DNA from: Coraliomargaritaceae bacterium
GTDB lineage: Bacteria > Verrucomicrobiota > Verrucomicrobiia > Opitutales > Coraliomargaritaceae
Assembly (NCBI GenBank): GCA_965660635.1
Contig: CBFIAS010000002.1
Coordinates: 5,426 to 69,425 of the forward strand
Length of the DNA: 64,000 nt
Reading direction: 5' to 3'
In this document: piece by piece, positions 59,130 to 64,000 of the stretch
How the letters are laid out: each line of letters opens with the position of its first letter
Position numbering within the stretch: position 1 is the stretch's first letter
Program-made: the position numbers and the translations under genes
The notes under the pieces: model-generated
Seen by the model: the letters and a program-made list of their open reading frames with translations, nothing else
What the model was told of the DNA's origin: nothing
The model's database searches: none

Positions 59130-59729
59130 CTATTTCTTGAAGGAGTTTTCCTTGCCCTGGAGCAAACGGCTGATGTTGGACCGGTGCCGGACGATGATGA
59201 GCATGCAGAGCGCGCAGCCGAGGAAAAAGCGGGGGTCACCCGGCTGATAGAGCCATGCCGCGCTGATGGGCAGGCTGAGGGCGAAGAGGATGGAGGCCAG
59301 GGCGACGACGCGGCTGGCGTAGAAGATGGCCAGCCAGACAAGCAGACCGACGAGCAGGGCTCCGGGCATGATAGCGAGCAGGCCGCCCATGGTGGTGGCC
59401 ACGCCCTTGCCGCCGCGGAACTTGAGGAAGAGGGAATAGCTGTGCCCGGCGAGCGCGCCAAGCAGACCGAGGATGGCCAGTTGCGGGCTGCCCCCTGCAA
59501 GAAAGAGCATGGGCCAGCCAGCAGCCAGCAGGCCCTTGAGTGCATCGAGCGCGAAAACGGTGTTGCCCCATTTGGCACCGAGCACGCGTTTGACATTCGT
59601 CGCGCCGGGATTGCCGCTCCCAGCGGAGAGAATATCCACCCCCTGCCGTCTGGCGATAATTACGGCGAAGCTGATGGAGCCGATCAGGTACCCCGCGATG
59701 GAAACTAGGGCGATTTGAAATATGGACAT
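59130..59729 (-). CDS. plsY: glycerol-3-phosphate acyltransferase PlsY
   Basis: 199 aa, 5-6 helices, GSGNPGATN and FKGGKGVAT motifs. Confidence 0.93.
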   Translation of the reverse strand: MSIFQIALVSIAGYLIGSISFAVIIARRQGVDILSAGSGNPGATNVKRVLGAKWGNTVFALDALKGLLAAGWPMLFLAGGSPQLAILGLLGALAGHSYSLFLKFRGGKGVATTMGGLLAIMPGALLVGLLVWLAIFYASRVVALASILFALSLPISAAWLYQPGDPRFFLGCALCMLIIVRHRSNISRLLQGKENSFKK

Positions 59730-59740
59730 GATGCAACGCT

Positions 59741-59815
59741 ATCGCAGTCACAATCGATATCCATCTCAAAATCCAAATCCAAATCGCGTTCCAAATCGAA
59801 ATCGTCTTCGAAATC
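59741..59815 (-). repeat. phased GAN-N3 triplet array (13 units) filling the serA-plsY spacer
   Basis: Minus-strand reading: GATttcGAAgacGATttcGATttgGAAcgcGATttgGATttgGATtttGAGatgGATatcGATtgtGACtgcGAT. The period is exactly 6 nt throughout. Confidence 0.85.
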
Positions 59816-59824
59816 GGACCGGTA

Positions 59825-61411
59825 TTACAGCCGGATGACGCGGAATTTCTCGATGGCGGGATGCTCGGTGATCTTCTGGGTGGCGACCCCGGAGGGCGCG
59901 CTGTCGAGTTCGAAGACGCTGACGGCGAAGCCTTCGCCCTGGTCACGGCTGAGCGACATGTTGGCGATGTTGACCTTGTCTTCCCCGAGGGCGATGCCGA
60001 TGAATCCGACGATTCCGGGCACGTCCTTGTTCTTCAGGACAAGGAGGGTGGCGTCGGTGTTCACCTCGACTCCGTGCCCGTCGATGCTGACGATGCGGGG
60101 GATCTGGTTCTTGCCGAAGAGGGTGCCTCCAATAGTCCGGGTCTTGCCGTCCTTGCAGGTCACTTCGACTTCGATCAACTCGTTGAAATCGGCGTGGGTG
60201 CTGCTTTTCAGCTGGTCGCAGGCGATGCCGAGACGCTCGATCTTCTTGGGTGCGTTGACGTTGTTTACGTTGTCGGAAATCTCGCGCAGATAACCGATCT
60301 GCACGGCGTTGGTCAGCGGGAGGGTGTCCATCTCGGTAATCTTCCCAAAGTAGCGGATGGTGATCTTCTCGACGCCTTCGGGGGCGAGTTGCTGGGAGAA
60401 GGTGCCGATCTTCTCGGCCAGCTGGATGTAAGGCCCGAGCTTCTCCAGCACCTTGGGATCGACGGAGGGCATGTTGAGGGCGTTCATCACCATGCCGCCG
60501 GTGAGGGCCTCAATCATCTGTCGGGCCACATCAATGCCGACGTTTTCCTGGGCTTCCCGGGTCGAGGCACCGAGGTGCGGGGTGAGCACAAGGTTTTCAA
60601 TGCCGCGCAGGGGGCTGTCTTCAGCGGGGGGCTCGTCCTCGTACACATCCAGCCCGGCGGCGGCGACCTTGCCGGAGTTGAGGGCGTCCATCAGCGCGGA
60701 TTCGTCAATAATACCTCCACGGGCACAATTGAAGATGCGCACGCCATCCTTCATACGGCTGAAGGCGTCGGCGTTGAGCATGTGCCGGGTATCGGTGGTC
60801 AGGGGCATGTGCACGGTGATGTAGTCGGCGCGCTCGATGACTTCGTCCAGGCTGGCCTGGGTGACGCCCAGGCTCTTGGCCCGCGACTCGGTAAGATAGG
60901 GATCGTAGGCCAGCACGTCCATCTGGAAGGCCATGGCCCGCCTGGCCACTTCGGCCCCGATGCGGCCCATGCCGAGGATGCCGAGCGTCTTCTGGTTCAA
61001 CTCGTATCCGCCGAATTTCTTCCGGTCCCAGCCGCCCTCGCGCATCCGGGCGCAGGCCTGCACGATGGGGCGCGTGCCGGCCAGCATGTGGGTAAAAGTA
61101 AGCTCCGCCGTGGCGATGGTGTTGCCGCTGGGCGTGTTCATGACGATGACGCCGTGCTCGGTGGCCGCCTCGATGTCGATGTTATCCACGCCCACTCCGG
61201 CGCGGCCAACGACCTTGAGTTTAGGAGCCGCGGCGATGACCTCGGCGTTGATCTTGGTGTCGGAGCGTACGGCGATGGCATCCACGTCCTTGACCAGTTC
61301 AAGGATCTGTTCCGGCGAGGATCCATAGGCCTCGACGACTTCGAAGCCCTCGCGGTCCTTGAACAAATCGACACCAATGGGAGAAATGCGGTCGGCTACC
61401 AGTATTTTCAT
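59825..61411 (-). CDS. serA: D-3-phosphoglycerate dehydrogenase (long form with ASB and ACT domains)
   Basis: LGILGMGRIGAEVA NAD motif, catalytic R/E/H blocks (NCARGG, TPHLGAST). 528 aa. Confidence 0.95.
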   Translation of the reverse strand: MKILVADRISPIGVDLFKDREGFEVVEAYGSSPEQILELVKDVDAIAVRSDTKINAEVIAAAPKLKVVGRAGVGVDNIDIEAATEHGVIVMNTPSGNTIATAELTFTHMLAGTRPIVQACARMREGGWDRKKFGGYELNQKTLGILGMGRIGAEVARRAMAFQMDVLAYDPYLTESRAKSLGVTQASLDEVIERADYITVHMPLTTDTRHMLNADAFSRMKDGVRIFNCARGGIIDESALMDALNSGKVAAAGLDVYEDEPPAEDSPLRGIENLVLTPHLGASTREAQENVGIDVARQMIEALTGGMVMNALNMPSVDPKVLEKLGPYIQLAEKIGTFSQQLAPEGVEKITIRYFGKITEMDTLPLTNAVQIGYLREISDNVNNVNAPKKIERLGIACDQLKSSTHADFNELIEVEVTCKDGKTRTIGGTLFGKNQIPRIVSIDGHGVEVNTDATLLVLKNKDVPGIVGFIGIALGEDKVNIANMSLSRDQGEGFAVSVFELDSAPSGVATQKITEHPAIEKFRVIRL

Positions 61412-61561
61412 AACAAAGGCCGCGAGTAAATTTGCCCTTTCCCGAATTGCAACGAAAAGCCGACTTAAAGGAGGAATTCAGGGCTGGCCCGGAGTCCGGC
61501 GCTTGACAGCCCCGGCGGTCCCCAGCTAAGCAAGCATTTTAACTTCAACTTTTCAGACCCC

Positions 61562-62119
61562 ATGGCATCTCCTACAGAAGTCCGCAAAGGCAAGGTACTC
61601 GACTATCAAGGCGCTCCGCACCTCGTGCTGGACGTGCAGCACCGCACGCAGGGCCGCCAGGCCGGCTTCATGCAGGTGACCATGCGCAACCTCAACACCG
61701 GCTCCTCGACGAACACGAAGATCCGCACGACGGACAGCGTGGACATCCTGCACACCGAGACGATCAAGCTGGAGTTCAGCTACGTTGACGGAGACGGCTA
61801 CCACTTCATGGATCCGGAGAGCTTCGACGACATCATCCTGGAAGAATCCCTGGTCGAAGACGCCAAGGACTTCCTGGTTGAGAACCAGATCTACAATATT
61901 CTCCACGTCGACGACAAGCCGGTACAGATCGACCTGCCCGCCTCGATCGAGATGAAGGTTGTGGAATCGCCCGAAGGAGTGAAAGGCGACACCGCCTCCA
62001 ACGTCCAGAAGCCGGCCAAGCTGGAGACGGGGCTAACCATCCAGGTGCCGCTCTTCATCAAGGAAGGCGAGACGATAAAGGTCAACACGACCGACCGCAC
62101 CTACCAGGGGCGTGCCTGA
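61562..62119 (+). CDS. efp: translation elongation factor P (Arg at the loop tip)
   Basis: 185 aa. KG.VLDYQGAPHLVLDVQHRTQGRQAGF, three OB/KOW-like domains. Position 32 aligns with E. coli K34 and is Arg. Confidence 0.94.
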   Translation: MASPTEVRKGKVLDYQGAPHLVLDVQHRTQGRQAGFMQVTMRNLNTGSSTNTKIRTTDSVDILHTETIKLEFSYVDGDGYHFMDPESFDDIILEESLVEDAKDFLVENQIYNILHVDDKPVQIDLPASIEMKVVESPEGVKGDTASNVQKPAKLETGLTIQVPLFIKEGETIKVNTTDRTYQGRA

Positions 62120-62150
62120 TAGTTTGCTTGAGTTTCTGCGGTGCGGTACG

Positions 62151-63485
<1,335 letters not shown>

Positions 63486-63710
63486 GAACTTGGAATATGT
63501 GCAAACAGCCTGATTTAAAGGCGTAAACCTTTACTTACTAGTCGATTGCGGAACACCTTGTCGAGCACAAAAGTCATCGGCAATGGGATGAAATAGAGAT
63601 TTTACCAAATCCCCTCCCCTTCCTCACCAGATCGTAAGAAAACGCCTCTTGTTCCCCGCCCCGGGGGCAGAAAGCTTGACGCCCCCGCCACAGCACCTTG
63701 CCTGTGCCAC

Positions 63711-64000
63711 ATGCAGGTATGTTTCAACCCGGCTTTGGCCATCGACCGCGCATTGCGCGAAGTCGCCGCGCAACTTGAGTCCATTGGCGAAGGCTTCGAT
63801 CCCGGAGTGCGCCCGGCAGACCCCCGCTTCGGTGATCTTCAGGCCAACGGCATCCTCGGCTTCGCCAAACGCAGGCAAGCCAACCCGCGGGAACTGGGCG
63901 AGGCCCTGCTCAAAGCCGTCGAATCCTCCGGCCGCCTCGACCCGGAACTCGTCGAGATGACCCTCTCCGGCCCCGGTTTCCTCAATTTCCGGTTCTCCGC
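63711..64000 (+). CDS. argS: arginine--tRNA ligase, N-terminal part (3' end outside window)
   Basis: The frame from ATG 63711 reads MQVCFNPALAIDRALREVAAQLES..RPADPRFGDLQANGILGFAKR..NPRELGEALL..LSGPGFLNFRFS, the ArgRS N-terminal add-1 domain pattern. It is open to the window edge, so it is absent from the ORF track. Confidence 0.85.
   Translation, partial: MQVCFNPALAIDRALREVAAQLESIGEGFDPGVRPADPRFGDLQANGILGFAKRRQANPRELGEALLKAVESSGRLDPELVEMTLSGPGFLNFRFS

Noticed and set aside
59729-59827. Stop-codon read-through extension of SerA (YRSDFEDDFDLERDLDLDFEMDIDCDCDS.. is in frame after the TAA)
   Set aside because: The Asp codons are almost all GAT, whereas neighbouring genes use mainly GAC. The frame runs into the plsY start, and the same hexamer motif occurs out of frame after rpe. 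I treated it as a non-coding phased repeat instead.
59861-61429. 522-aa plus-strand ORF. The same situation applies to 21783..23204, 30613..31983, 31980..33194, 17906..18976, 13512..14609, 40139..41134, 42173..43045, 7335..8210 and 38763..39566.
   Set aside because: All of these are mirror-frame ORFs opposite genes with unambiguous homolog motifs (serA, ahcY, the GH13 gene, the GT4 gene, the oxidoreductase, the kinase, the GT gene, rpe, pyrH, gpgS). Their composition is that of antisense high-GC artefacts.
63649-63960. 103-aa ORF from the track at the right end of the window
   Set aside because: It is out of frame with the argS N-terminal domain, which starts at 63711 and is open to the window edge. 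Its translation is P/S/A-rich with no motifs.

Overview
High-GC bacterial chromosomal segment. The gene content gives a Verrucomicrobia/PVC-like impression, which I cannot verify without a search. It is densely packed with housekeeping genes on both strands: gltB(partial)-gltD, fabG-acpP-fabF, rluB-like, engB, tRNA-Gln, pyrH-frr-proB, uvrB, folD, proC, ahcY, metK, xerD-like, argA-like, rpe, tRNA-Val-ilvN-ilvC, hemC-cobA/hemD, a cyclophilin, hom-lysC-thrC, plsY, serA, efp, a pyrimidine-nucleoside phosphorylase and argS(partial). Several visibly AT-richer accessory inserts interrupt this backbone.

- **Nuclease-like cassettes:** two PD-(D/E)XK nuclease-like GxxExxY genes are each bracketed by an inverted repeat built from three tandem 9-10-nt units. 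One of them splits ahcY from metK.
- **Repeat-bounded islet:** a small secreted-protein islet is bounded by a third repeat family with the same architecture.
- **Toxin-antitoxin island:** one intact VapBC pair sits beside a nonsense-interrupted RelE/ParE-type toxin with an intact antitoxin and a decayed BrnT remnant. An orphan VapB-like remnant lies elsewhere in the window.
- **Phased triplet arrays:** intergenic GAN triplets spaced at exactly 6 nt occur after serA and after rpe.
- **Compatible-solute genes:** a two-part glucosylglycerate-type gene set is present (GH13_18 phosphorylase plus GT4; and PPK2-M20-gpgS-GT-HAD-rpe with overlapping start/stop codons).
- **Other notable genes:** an OlsF-like bifunctional acyltransferase, an Arg32-type EF-P, a protein with about 16 helical repeats, and a lysine-rich HTH protein.

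The best candidates for something undescribed are the GxxExxY cassettes with triple-unit inverted-repeat ends and the phased GAN arrays. Both functional readings are inference only. No rRNA, CRISPR array, transposase or prophage gene was seen. All functional calls rest on motifs I recognise in the translated ORFs. No database search was possible.
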